Below, one piece after another: positions 36,637 through 45,529 of a stretch of 53,014 bases of DNA. The notes beneath the pieces are model-generated. The model saw only the letters and a list, made by a program, of their open reading frames with translations. It was not told the DNA's origin and searched no databases. Origin of the DNA: a virus (Duplodnaviria > Caudoviricetes); IMG/VR virus record IMGVR_UViG_3300042914_003037, positions 1 through 53,014 of that record, one strand, 5' to 3'. Made by a program: the position numbers and the translations under genes. How positions within the stretch are numbered: the first letter of the stretch is position 1; each line of letters starts with the position of its first letter.

Positions 36637-36732
36637 TGGACCGACGGGTGGGATTCGAACCCACATCAGTATACAGTGATACCACTCCAAGTTACCTTTG
36701 TCCGCGTTCGTAGCGCGGGGGGATACCGTCGG
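36637..36732 (-). tRNA. D-armless tRNA-Arg(ACG)-like gene
   Basis: CCGACGG/CCGTCGG-T-CCA, CCGCG-CTACGAA-CGCGG, canonical T-arm, ~37-nt variable region. Confidence 0.7.
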
Positions 36733-36751
36733 ATTGTTTGTTTGAATTTGT

Positions 36752-36827
36752 TGGTAGGTCTTGCTGGAATCGAACCAGCGGTCTTCACGATGTCAACGTG
36801 ACGATTTAGCCGCTAATCTAAAGACCT
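36752..36827 (-). tRNA. tRNA-Val(GAC)
   Basis: Cloverleaf with CCA. Confidence 0.9.
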
Positions 36828-36900
36828 GATGCTGTTGACGATTTGTCACATTGTCGCCGTCAACAAGGGCGAGAAATAACTTCAGTGTTCAAAAATTTGT

Positions 36901-36974
36901 TGGTGCTCCAGACAAGAATCGGACTTGTGATACATCCTTACCAAGGATGCGTTATACCATTTAACTACAGGAGC
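36901..36974 (-). tRNA. tRNA-Thr(GGT)
   Basis: Cloverleaf with CCA. Confidence 0.85.
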
Positions 36975-36978
36975 AATA

Positions 36979-37043
36979 TAACAGAATGCTTTTTTACGAG
37001 TCAAATTAGTAGTTTGATGTATAAGTTTGCTGTAAGCATTCTA
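36979..37043 (-). ncRNA. stem/WCAGCAA motif RNA copy 9
   Basis: TAGAATGC-TTACAGCAA..TCAAA-CTACTAA-TTTGA..GCATTCTG-TTA. Confidence 0.65.
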
Positions 37044-37049
37044 AAACTT

Positions 37050-37140
37050 TGGCGGAAGAGGGCGGAGTTGAACCCCCAAGGGCTTTCTAGGCCTCGACGC
37101 ATTTCAAGTGCGCTACCGTCGCCAGTCGGTTTGCTCTTCC
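37050..37140 (-). tRNA. tRNA-Ser(TGA)
   Basis: Cloverleaf, long variable arm, G73, CCA. Confidence 0.9.
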
Positions 37141-37180
37141 TTTGATCTATTTACACTAAATACTACGAGGAGAAATAAAA

Positions 37181-37294
37181 ATGCTTGAAACACTATTCTA
37201 TCTTGCAGTAGGCGCATTCATTGGATGGAACTTTCCACAGCCAGAATTCGCCAAAACTCTACAATCTAAGATTGTAGCACTATTCAAAAAGTAA
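37181..37294 (+). CDS. small membrane protein (37 aa, MLETLFYLAVGAFIGWNFPQPEFAK...)
   Basis: GAGGAG SD, CTAAATA motif upstream, hairpin at 37324-37355 downstream. Confidence 0.7.
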   Translation: MLETLFYLAVGAFIGWNFPQPEFAKTLQSKIVALFKK

Positions 37295-37498
37295 CACACT
37301 CAAATTACACATTTGAATGCGTATAGTAAAGAGCACCACTATGCTCTTTACTATCATTGAGACACCACTCAAAGGTGTGCTATCTCGTAATAGATTTCCC
37401 TTTATCGCACTCAGTCAGCCTAAAGAGTACTCGGCTGCTTCTTAGCGGTCCGGCGCTATTTCTATACCGCGAATTCCTGACGCGGTTTACACTGTAAC

Positions 37499-37533
37499 AA
37501 AAACAAAACCCTAAGATTTTCGGTCTTAGGGTT
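37499..37533 (-). terminator. intrinsic terminator of putative attenuator
   Basis: AACCCTAAGA-CCGAAAA-TCTTAGGGTT followed by TTGTTTTT. Confidence 0.8.
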
Positions 37534-37565
37534 CACAGTTTTGTAGATACTTTTATGTAGTTACA

Positions 37566-37679
37566 CTACCGTGAACCCTCCAACCCATCATTATAACCAC
37601 GAATAAATGCGGGCATGACGGACCAGAGTCTTGTCTGCTCACATTTTGAGGCGGTTAGTAATGTATGCTTAGTGTTCAT
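37566..37679 (-). CDS. putative attenuator leader peptide MNTKHTLLTASKCEQTRLWSVMPAFIRGYNDGLEGSR
   Basis: 37 codons, all 20 amino acids; last codons form the 5' strand of an antiterminator. Confidence 0.7.
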   Translation of the reverse strand: MNTKHTLLTASKCEQTRLWSVMPAFIRGYNDGLEGSR

Positions 37680-37689
37680 GATAGATGCT

Positions 37690-37718
37690 ACTATATTCTA
37701 TTTATCAATTTCTGTCAA
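37690..37718 (-). promoter_or_regulatory. sigma70 promoter of the leader/tRNA array
   Basis: TTGACA-17-TATAGT with an embedded GATAAATA late-type motif. Confidence 0.8.
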
Positions 37719-37809
37719 ACATATTGGATAATCGTGTTTTTTTGTGTTTCCAATTTTCCAACATTGTTATTAACAATGCTTTCAATATTTATTTATTGAT
37801 TGTTTCAAT

Positions 37810-38385
37810 TTATCGCTGCTTATCGCTGTTTTTTGCATAAAAAGTGTGATTTCCAATAGTAGCCACTTTTTGATATGGCCATCTTGGATTTACTGAACTA
37901 TTATGAAAGAACAACACATTAGATGGAACTATATCACTCCAAGCATTTTCTGTCAACACTCTTTTTGCAATTTCTTCCGCCTGCTTGTATTGAGCGTTTC
38001 TTGTCGGCGTTTGCTTGTCTTCACATACCCAACTGAATTGACAAACCGTGGTGTCATCTCCATTTTCTCGTTTAATCTCGTGTTTTGCGTAAATCACCGC
38101 ACAAGGGTTCTGTGCAAAACCGTGTTTGATACGATTCATAACAACACGAGCAACCATTACTTGTCCCATGAATGGTTCACTTGCTGCTTCGTGATATATG
38201 TTTGTTGCCATGCATCTTAAATACTCTGCGTTCACGGCAATTTTGGTTGCGGTTTTGTTTTGTAGTTCTACATATACAATATCTTGTGTTTTTTGCTTAG
38301 CACCGACATTATAAAACATCACTGATGTAAAAACAAGTATTGATAAAAATAAAAAATAAAACAGTATTCTGCTTGTTGTAAGCAT
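37810..38385 (-). CDS. cell wall hydrolase, SleB/Hydrolase_2 family, with N-terminal TM anchor
   Basis: CMATNIYHEA, VARVVMNR, CQFSW, IGNHTFY. Confidence 0.92.
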   Translation of the reverse strand: MLTTSRILFYFLFLSILVFTSVMFYNVGAKQKTQDIVYVELQNKTATKIAVNAEYLRCMATNIYHEAASEPFMGQVMVARVVMNRIKHGFAQNPCAVIYAKHEIKRENGDDTTVCQFSWVCEDKQTPTRNAQYKQAEEIAKRVLTENAWSDIVPSNVLFFHNSSVNPRWPYQKVATIGNHTFYAKNSDKQR

Positions 38386-38407
38386 ATCAGTCTCCTTTTG
38401 ATTTTAA

Positions 38408-41320
38408 TTATTTCCAGCAATCGCAATTACAAGTTGTAACCATTCCGATTGCTTCGTTCACCGTATAACTGGCAGTGTTGCTTGATACTAAGTTGTCAGA
38501 TACTGGGAAGTCTCCAGTATATATTGATCCAGCAAAACTTCCAGGAACATTGGTGGTCCCAAGTCTGGGATTTCTTGGTGGTGGGTCTATATTGACTGGA
38601 ATGCATCCATTTTCAATAGAGTAATTACTACCACTCGAAATAATATTTATCTTTGTGACCGATCCATTTTCTACAATTGCCGCTGCTGTTGCTCCAGAAC
38701 CACTTCCTCCGAATACTCCCCCGAATGGTCCTATTTTTACTTTTGGCGGAGTAGTGTTGTTATATCCACGACCTCCAGATATAACAGTAATACTGGATAT
38801 TCCTCCCGATTGATTGACTTCACATGCCTCTGCCGCTGCTTGATTCAGATGCAGTTCTGTCGGGACGCTATTATCCAATTCTCCGCCTATGTTCATAAGT
38901 CTGATGGCATTTCTTGATTCTCTCATTAGTGCTATCAGTGATTGTCCTCCAACGCTGTTTGCGTTTGATATTTGCTCTAATATGCTTGCTATGTCTCCAT
39001 ACTGAGTCTTTTGTGCCCAATTTTCTATGTTTTTTACAAAGATTTCAAAATCAGTTAAACTGGTTTCTGCATATAGTTCTTGATTGCTCTTTATGGCAAA
39101 GGGTATGGCAAGTTGCTCGGTATATAATTGTTTTCCTATTTTGTCCCAATAAAAATTGATTTTATTGTATAAATCATTATTGTTCGCGAATAGTCTGTGT
39201 ATTTCCAAGTTTGCAGCATCTATTAGATTCTGAATACTATTTTCGTATTCTGTTTCCTCGACATATACTATCGTGTTTGCTGATATGTCATTTTGCAACG
39301 ATTCATTTAAAGTTATAGTGGTGTTGACTCCATCAAACGCTATTTGCTTTACAGTGTAGTATGTTGATCCGGTATTTACAAAACTTATTTTTGTATTGGC
39401 CGTAAGAATCTGCGTAAGATTTAGATTGATTTTTATAGTGTCAGTCTGTGCCGAAGCGACATCAACGGTTTTAAATACGGTGTATGCATATTCGCTGCTC
39501 CAAGAAGGAGTTTGATTTATTACAGAATCTTGATGACCTTTGCCTCTGGAAATAAGTGCCCATCCGTTATTCAATGACTTCTGATACAACTTCGTGTAGA
39601 CATTTTCTAACTTTTCTGCGTCTACTAATTTGAATAGATTCTGTATTTGATTGTAATAATCAGCGTATGGGATAGAACTTACTGCTCCAAAAAAATCACA
39701 CTGTCTGAATATTCCACGATTGCCGCTTCCAAACGCGATGTTTTTCAAGAAAGCGTCAACAGAATCAGTGTTCACTGGACTTGCATTTGGATTGTTTATC
39801 AAATCAAGATTTTTATCAAGAACTTCTAAATTCGCCACCACTTGAGCAAATTGCTCAAGATTCATTTTTTTGATGTTCTTTATCTGACACATAGACATCA
39901 TAAATGCACCGCAAGCACTTGCCAACTCTTCGGGCAGTATATTACTTAGATAATCTCCCCAGTTTTCTATTCTGGGATTTATGCCTTCGCCAATGTAAAT
40001 AAAATCGTAAATCTTACTGACTGGATTACTGATGTCATAGTGAGGGACCGTAAGAGATGGATAACTATTAGGAAACATCTTTATTGGATTCATAAGATCA
40101 GACAAAGAATCCAAGTTTTCAGTAGTGCAGTTTAGAATTATTTTTATGCTCTCTAAGTCCTGACCAGTTATGTATTCCATACATTCGTATATCTTTTTTT
40201 CCTGATCAATGGTTGGAACATACTTAGCAGATAAAATGTTGTCCAACTCCGAGGTAGACAAGTCATTGTAAAGCAATACAAACTTTAATGCGTCTGTAAG
40301 AGCACCAACAGATTGAAGATTCAACAGAAATGTGCTTGGAGTTCCAAATTTATCTATACCAGACAAATTCAGTGATTTGCCCAATCTAATTAGATCGTTC
40401 CCGAATTCTTTAAACGCCAAGTTTATGCCTGCTATATCGGCCGAGGCCAAATCATTTAGATTGCTGAAATTACCTTTCAAAAAGGTTTTGCTATTTACGA
40501 ATGATCCGATATTTTGATTAGTAGTATCTTTCCAGGAACTACACTGAACAAAACTTTTTATCAACTCTTTGTATTGATTTGGTCTTCTGGTCTGATGATC
40601 AGACCAGAGTTCATAATACGCTTGTCTTGCTACCGTTGATAAAAACCCGTTCTTGAAATACTCATCATATTCAATGAGATTTTGATCGCGACTTCTTATG
40701 TCAGGACGAGGGAAATATGCTGCACTATAATCGTCAGTTTCTTTTTGAAAGGCACTTCTTGCTGGCCATCCTGTTACCCAAGCATATTCATGACGCCATT
40801 GATAATCGTACTGATAGTCTTGTTTACTTGTTGATCCAAATAGTTTATAGATATAACTACCAGTTTGCTCAGACCCATAATTTGATGGTGGATAAACTTC
40901 ACCAACCAACTTTAACTCTGTTCCTGTGTTTATGACATTTCCAAAAGAATCGATTACATTCATGCTCCAGTCGCCGTATCCAGCATAACTGGTCTTGAAT
41001 GTGTCCGGTCTACTATTACCAAGTGCTGGACAATTTATTCTGTTGTCTGTCTTTATGTTTGTTGGTCTTCCAATCGACAAAAGATTTCTGTATAGCGACA
41101 CACTGATAGAATCAGATTGCGCCATGTTGTAAAAATTAGGAAGTGAGTCGGTAAGTTTCTTTAAAAAAGAATCTGCAACTATTGAACCTTGAGAACATGC
41201 ACTTGGCGTCCAATTTCCCTGATAATTTATCGCTATCGGAGAAATAGAGAATACATTGTTCTTTATTAGTTCTCCATATAGATTTAAACCCAATGGAGTA
41301 TATTGACCGTTCAAACTCAT
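38408..41320 (-). CDS. large virion/baseplate-associated protein
   Basis: 970 aa, coupled to the PAAR gene; C-terminal ITVISGGRGY...GSGATAAAIVENGSVTKINIISSGSNY structural repeat. Confidence 0.7.
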   Translation of the reverse strand: MSLNGQYTPLGLNLYGELIKNNVFSISPIAINYQGNWTPSACSQGSIVADSFLKKLTDSLPNFYNMAQSDSISVSLYRNLLSIGRPTNIKTDNRINCPALGNSRPDTFKTSYAGYGDWSMNVIDSFGNVINTGTELKLVGEVYPPSNYGSEQTGSYIYKLFGSTSKQDYQYDYQWRHEYAWVTGWPARSAFQKETDDYSAAYFPRPDIRSRDQNLIEYDEYFKNGFLSTVARQAYYELWSDHQTRRPNQYKELIKSFVQCSSWKDTTNQNIGSFVNSKTFLKGNFSNLNDLASADIAGINLAFKEFGNDLIRLGKSLNLSGIDKFGTPSTFLLNLQSVGALTDALKFVLLYNDLSTSELDNILSAKYVPTIDQEKKIYECMEYITGQDLESIKIILNCTTENLDSLSDLMNPIKMFPNSYPSLTVPHYDISNPVSKIYDFIYIGEGINPRIENWGDYLSNILPEELASACGAFMMSMCQIKNIKKMNLEQFAQVVANLEVLDKNLDLINNPNASPVNTDSVDAFLKNIAFGSGNRGIFRQCDFFGAVSSIPYADYYNQIQNLFKLVDAEKLENVYTKLYQKSLNNGWALISRGKGHQDSVINQTPSWSSEYAYTVFKTVDVASAQTDTIKINLNLTQILTANTKISFVNTGSTYYTVKQIAFDGVNTTITLNESLQNDISANTIVYVEETEYENSIQNLIDAANLEIHRLFANNNDLYNKINFYWDKIGKQLYTEQLAIPFAIKSNQELYAETSLTDFEIFVKNIENWAQKTQYGDIASILEQISNANSVGGQSLIALMRESRNAIRLMNIGGELDNSVPTELHLNQAAAEACEVNQSGGISSITVISGGRGYNNTTPPKVKIGPFGGVFGGSGSGATAAAIVENGSVTKINIISSGSNYSIENGCIPVNIDPPPRNPRLGTTNVPGSFAGSIYTGDFPVSDNLVSSNTASYTVNEAIGMVTTCNCDCWK

Positions 41321-41586
41321 GATACTATTACATCATCGCTGCCCTGAACTATCGAGTGTCCACAACTATTACCACTGGTTACTCTCAAAACTGGACTTCC
41401 ATTGCAGATTACGTCAGGACTCGCAGAAGTGGTGACTGCATTTTGATGCGGTTTTTTCTTTGGGTGAGGTGATATAGAACTGGTGTGAAGTCCAACGGGA
41501 ATTCCATTGCATATCACATCGTCTGAACCCCTCATTATTTTCCCACCAACTTGATTGGTGTCACCCTTTCTGCTTAGTTTGAACAT
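41317..41586 (-). CDS. PAAR-like baseplate spike tip protein
   Basis: GSDDVICNGIPV, HPKKKPH, SCGHSIVQGSDDV. Confidence 0.88.
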   Translation of the reverse strand: MFKLSRKGDTNQVGGKIMRGSDDVICNGIPVGLHTSSISPHPKKKPHQNAVTTSASPDVICNGSPVLRVTSGNSCGHSIVQGSDDVIVS

Positions 41587-41588
41587 TT

Positions 41589-41888
41589 TTATCCCAGTAT
41601 AAGTTTTTTACTTGGCACTGCTATTCCCGTTGTTGCCTCAATGTATTTATTCTTAACATTTTCTTCAGTTAAACCGTAAAGCACTATGCTATTAGTGTTT
41701 AATCTAATATCGGACTTGGAATCCACGGTAAACAAACTTGGGACTAATCCCATACCTTGTGGGCCTGGAGCCACACTTACTGGGTCAACGATTATTAGTT
41801 CCGTCTCTAATAGGCCAATTATCTTGGCAATTAGTTCTTCTCCACTGACGAGTTTTAGTGTATATACTTCGTTATTTTTGATATTCAT
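41589..41888 (-). CDS. conserved phage hypothetical protein (Sm-like fold)
   Basis: TLKLVSGEELIAK motif. Confidence 0.75.
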   Translation of the reverse strand: MNIKNNEVYTLKLVSGEELIAKIIGLLETELIIVDPVSVAPGPQGMGLVPSLFTVDSKSDIRLNTNSIVLYGLTEENVKNKYIEATTGIAVPSKKLILG

Positions 41889-41889
41889 T

Positions 41890-42117
41890 TTATTGTTCCA
41901 ATATAGATTTTAATTCTTGATACCCACCAACATGTTCATCATCTACGAATATTTGAGGGACGCTACGAGCGGCAGGAACTGCTGTCAGTAAGTCCTCTTT
42001 TGTCCACTTGTCTCCAGAGATGTTTCTCTCTTCGTATTCAAAGCCCTTTAACTTCAACAAGTTTTTTGCTGATTCACAATTAGGGCAATTGTCTTTACTC
42101 CATACTATTACATGCAT
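41890..42117 (-). CDS. nrdC: glutaredoxin
   Basis: CPNC, SVPQIF, HVGGY. Confidence 0.92.
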   Translation of the reverse strand: MHVIVWSKDNCPNCESAKNLLKLKGFEYEERNISGDKWTKEDLLTAVPAARSVPQIFVDDEHVGGYQELKSILEQ

Positions 42118-42135
42118 ATAAATCTCCTTGACATA

Positions 42136-43236
42136 TTATAACTGTGGCAATTCGTGTTTGTCAACAGAATCTGACATTACCCCGATAATATAATTCGTAG
42201 ATTCTGTCTCTTGCAGTGCAGATTGTTTTTTGTGAATGTTTAAGTGTTTGTTAAACCATGGTATAGGAGTAGTTTTTGGATGAGTTCCCTGATACTTGAT
42301 TCCAATATCTTTAAGACGATTGTAAGCAGTCCAATCTACAAAGTCTTTTAGAATCTCAGCATTAAGACCGATTACTGGTCCTTTAATAAACAAGTAATCA
42401 GCCCACGCTTTTTCTTCAGCGATTACCTCTTCGTATAGTTTATATACTTCTTGCTCACAAACTAACGCAACTCTTGCAAATCGTTGATCCTCTTTTACCA
42501 CTTGATTGATAATCCAAGCAGTCCATTCTGTGTGTAGCAATTCATCTTGTAGAATAAGACTAATGATATTACCATTGCCAATGTAAATCTTGTTTTCTAC
42601 CATAGCAAGTGAAGTTGCAAAAGATACCATAAATCTAAATGCTTCTAATGCATAACTGGCGTGTAGTGCCATCCAAATTGCTTGAATATGAGCGTCTTCG
42701 TTTACTTTGTATCCCAATTCTTTGTTGCAATTAAATTGATGCAGTTGTTCGTAATATCGTCCAACACTGGCTGCCATATCAATAATTTCTTTGATGTCAT
42801 GAATTTTATTGAATTCTTCTTTGGGAACACCATAGATATTACGAATAATGTGACTGTAACTCTTGCTGTGAATGTTAGTCTCAAAAAATGACCAGTTATT
42901 TACCAGTGCTTCCATTTCTGGGATGCTTATGACTGGGTTAAATACCTGTGCTGGAGCACGACCTTGAATGCTATCAAGTGCTGTTTGTCGCAGTAAATTA
43001 CTGGTAAAAATATGCTTTATTGCTTCACTGGAATCTTTGTGATCCATTTTGTCTTTTGTTAGCGAGATTTCTTCTGGAACCCAAAAGAAACCACGAGCCA
43101 ATTGTTCGTAATTAGATAATTTTGGATACTTAACCTCTTCAAACCTCTGAATAACAACAGGGCCAGCAGAATCAAGAAACATTGTTCTATTAAGATAGTT
43201 TGTTTTTGTTGATAAGTTATATTGTTCTTTAGACAT
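42136..43236 (-). CDS. nrdB: ribonucleotide reductase class Ia beta subunit
   Basis: FFWVPEE, ETNIHSKSY, LEAFRFMVSF, DELLH, QETESTNY. Confidence 0.96.
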   Translation of the reverse strand: MSKEQYNLSTKTNYLNRTMFLDSAGPVVIQRFEEVKYPKLSNYEQLARGFFWVPEEISLTKDKMDHKDSSEAIKHIFTSNLLRQTALDSIQGRAPAQVFNPVISIPEMEALVNNWSFFETNIHSKSYSHIIRNIYGVPKEEFNKIHDIKEIIDMAASVGRYYEQLHQFNCNKELGYKVNEDAHIQAIWMALHASYALEAFRFMVSFATSLAMVENKIYIGNGNIISLILQDELLHTEWTAWIINQVVKEDQRFARVALVCEQEVYKLYEEVIAEEKAWADYLFIKGPVIGLNAEILKDFVDWTAYNRLKDIGIKYQGTHPKTTPIPWFNKHLNIHKKQSALQETESTNYIIGVMSDSVDKHELPQL

Positions 43237-43839
43237 TTATTTTCTTCCTGCCATAACGATACGACATATGTGTTCGGTTCTCTCAACGTGCTCGAATGCG
43301 CGCCATGGACTGGTATCTATCGAAACAACTCCATGTCTATCGATTCCTACAATGTGATTGTAAACACCACCGTCTTCACGCAGATCAAGTGCTGATATAG
43401 ATTCATCGGCAAGAATTTGACTAATAGGAGGAACATTAGGAACATTTCGCCCGACACGAGTATATCTACCAAGTTCCGGAAACTCTTTGACTAAATCAGA
43501 AAGTTCTATTCCAGCATACATAGCAGCAATCGTGTGAGTCGGATGCAAATGTAATACCACTCTCACATCAGTATCAATTTTTCGTTGCAATCCCCAATGC
43601 AGTGGTAATTCTCCACTGGGTTTCAGAGCGCCACTTAGATCGGTGTATGGCAAAGCACGATGTTCATTGATGTCCCACTTGATAAACATTTCTGGTTGTA
43701 ATGTTTGTTTTCGTATACCACTTGGAGTGATATACATATGGTCGCGATCACGCCAACGAACACTTGCGTTTCCATCACGAGCGGTGATCCAATTACGCTT
43801 ATACGCTTCTACAAATATTTCACTAATAGTTTCTAACAT
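43237..43839 (-). CDS. class II aldolase/adducin family protein
   Basis: DGNASVR, ITPSG, KPSGELPLH, HLHP, HGVV. Confidence 0.9.
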   Translation of the reverse strand: MLETISEIFVEAYKRNWITARDGNASVRWRDRDHMYITPSGIRKQTLQPEMFIKWDINEHRALPYTDLSGALKPSGELPLHWGLQRKIDTDVRVVLHLHPTHTIAAMYAGIELSDLVKEFPELGRYTRVGRNVPNVPPISQILADESISALDLREDGGVYNHIVGIDRHGVVSIDTSPWRAFEHVERTEHICRIVMAGRK

Positions 43840-43859
43840 ATTCTTTCTTTATTAAGTTA

Positions 43860-44408
43860 TTAAAGTTTGCAACTTTCGCAAGAACTATCGTCTTCGTCAG
43901 ACTCGACTACTGGATTGAACTGAATTATTTTTTCATCCTCTTCTTTTAATGCCGCCTTTGCACCCATTTTATTGATGAGACTGTAATAGTATGTCTTGAG
44001 TCCCCAGTGAATTCCAAGCATTAGATTTTTAGTTATCAGTGTTGCTGGTATTTTCCCTTTGCTGTAATTTGCTGGGTTATAGAAAGTGTTTGTGCTGATA
44101 CTTTGATCTACATATGCTGCCAAAACAGCAGCAGTTTTCAAATAATCAACACAATCAGTTTGATTCCACATCAATTGATAGCGATTCTTGAGACGCTTGT
44201 ATTCTGGAACAACTTGAACAAAACTTCCAGCCTTGCTTTCTTTCACACTTATCAATTCCATTGGCATTTCTATGCCATTAGTGCTGTTCAATACCACCGA
44301 AGAATTGTGCGACACACAACCGTTAGGCAATGCATACGCTCCGCTTTTTGTAGTTATATCATAAGTTGGCACTGTTTCAATATTTCTATTAATTTTTTTG
44401 ATTTTCAT
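43860..44408 (-). CDS. nrdA: split intein C-fragment (35 aa) fused to NrdA C-terminal extein
   Basis: MKIKKI...TYDIT...NGCVSHN|SSVVLNSTNGIE...DQSISTN...GLKTYYY...CESCKL. Confidence 0.92.
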   Translation of the reverse strand: MKIKKINRNIETVPTYDITTKSGAYALPNGCVSHNSSVVLNSTNGIEMPMELISVKESKAGSFVQVVPEYKRLKNRYQLMWNQTDCVDYLKTAAVLAAYVDQSISTNTFYNPANYSKGKIPATLITKNLMLGIHWGLKTYYYSLINKMGAKAALKEEDEKIIQFNPVVESDEDDSSCESCKL

Positions 44409-45495
44409 TTATTTTCTCCAATAGTTCTTCCAATGTAATTGAGCATGTCATTCTTTTGCTACAGTTTTGCTCTGTTAATATCCATTCTAAATTTGCTGCA
44501 TTACCAATTATTTCTGGACTTACGCAATTAATGAATCCTTGCATTTTTGAATACATATGATCCAGTTGATATTGTCCTTTGTGGCGTCCTCTTTTACCAG
44601 GACACATTGGTAATTTAATTAATGATTGCTTGGTAAATCTGTCAACTGCTGCGGAATATCCTTTAAATCCTTCATGTAATTCTTCTGCCAACTTACCGTG
44701 CTCACGAAAGCATGATGATCTTGATTTACTGCGTAATTCATAAATTTTTTCACCATCTTCACCGTACTTTTCTTTACAGAATTTAAGACTCGACCCATCT
44801 TTCTTTGAATTAATATCTTGAAGAATAGATTCGATCTTTTCCTTAGACAGTCCTTTAGATTCCCAATATTGCTTGTGTAAGCCAGAATACATCTTTTGGG
44901 TAACTGATACCATTTTAACAGACTCCTCGTGCGAATATCCGCGTTTGATCCAGAAATCCACGGTACATCTATTAGTTTCCCTTTTGTATGCAGTGAACCC
45001 ATCTGTGTTATCACCCCAATAATCAATGTAGTTTTTATGAAAACGATGAATAAATTTATGTTTCTCTCGTCCTTGAGTTTCTCCATACAAGTCAATACAT
45101 CTTTTTAGTGAAAGAGAAGTCTCATATTTTAGATTTTTGACTTTATCTCTAGATTGTTCCTCTGACATTCCTTTTGACATCCAATGTGAAATATCATATA
45201 CATTTGGTCTGCATGCGCGATACTCTTCTCTACGTCTTGCCCAACTATTTCCATATTTCACACGAAAATATTCTTCACTGTTACACGCTGACTTATTTTC
45301 TTTTCTAAATTTTAGCCATAAAATGTATCTTTCAATGCAGTACTCATCATCTGTTAGTCCGCGCACATAGTTCAAAAACAAAGGGTCATGCGTAAATCGA
45401 AATACCGCATCGATGACATTTTCTCTCTTTTCTAGCGAGAGGTTGTAAAATTCTGCAATGTCTGAGGTATTTACACCAGACATTAATTCAGCCAT
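44389..45495 (-). CDS. free-standing putative homing endonuclease inside fractured nrdA
   Basis: Repeated KYG/W..KG.S.EE helical units; C-terminal YQLDHMYS...NLEWILTEQNCSK HNH-like motif; start uncertain. Confidence 0.7.
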   Translation of the reverse strand: MAELMSGVNTSDIAEFYNLSLEKRENVIDAVFRFTHDPLFLNYVRGLTDDEYCIERYILWLKFRKENKSACNSEEYFRVKYGNSWARRREEYRACRPNVYDISHWMSKGMSEEQSRDKVKNLKYETSLSLKRCIDLYGETQGREKHKFIHRFHKNYIDYWGDNTDGFTAYKRETNRCTVDFWIKRGYSHEESVKMVSVTQKMYSGLHKQYWESKGLSKEKIESILQDINSKKDGSSLKFCKEKYGEDGEKIYELRSKSRSSCFREHGKLAEELHEGFKGYSAAVDRFTKQSLIKLPMCPGKRGRHKGQYQLDHMYSKMQGFINCVSPEIIGNAANLEWILTEQNCSKRMTCSITLEELLEKINENQKN

Positions 45496-45529
45496 TTCAG
45501 TCAGGGTTTTTGCTCTCTGTAATATTTTC

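Noticed and set aside
37050-37140. Selenocysteine or opal-suppressor tRNA
   Set aside because: The anticodon on the coding strand is TGA (Ser), not TCA.
27777-37145. Short ORFs overlapping tRNA genes (e.g. 27777-28004, 28667-28930, 29203-29391, 36059-36283) and 15159-15377
   Set aside because: They are translations of tRNA or ncRNA sequence.
25800-37500. Full tmRNA, RNase P RNA or rRNA gene
   Set aside because: I found no complete tmRNA ends with a tag ORF, no GAGGAAAGTCC RNase P signature and no rRNA-like sequence; a cmscan would be needed to exclude divergent forms.
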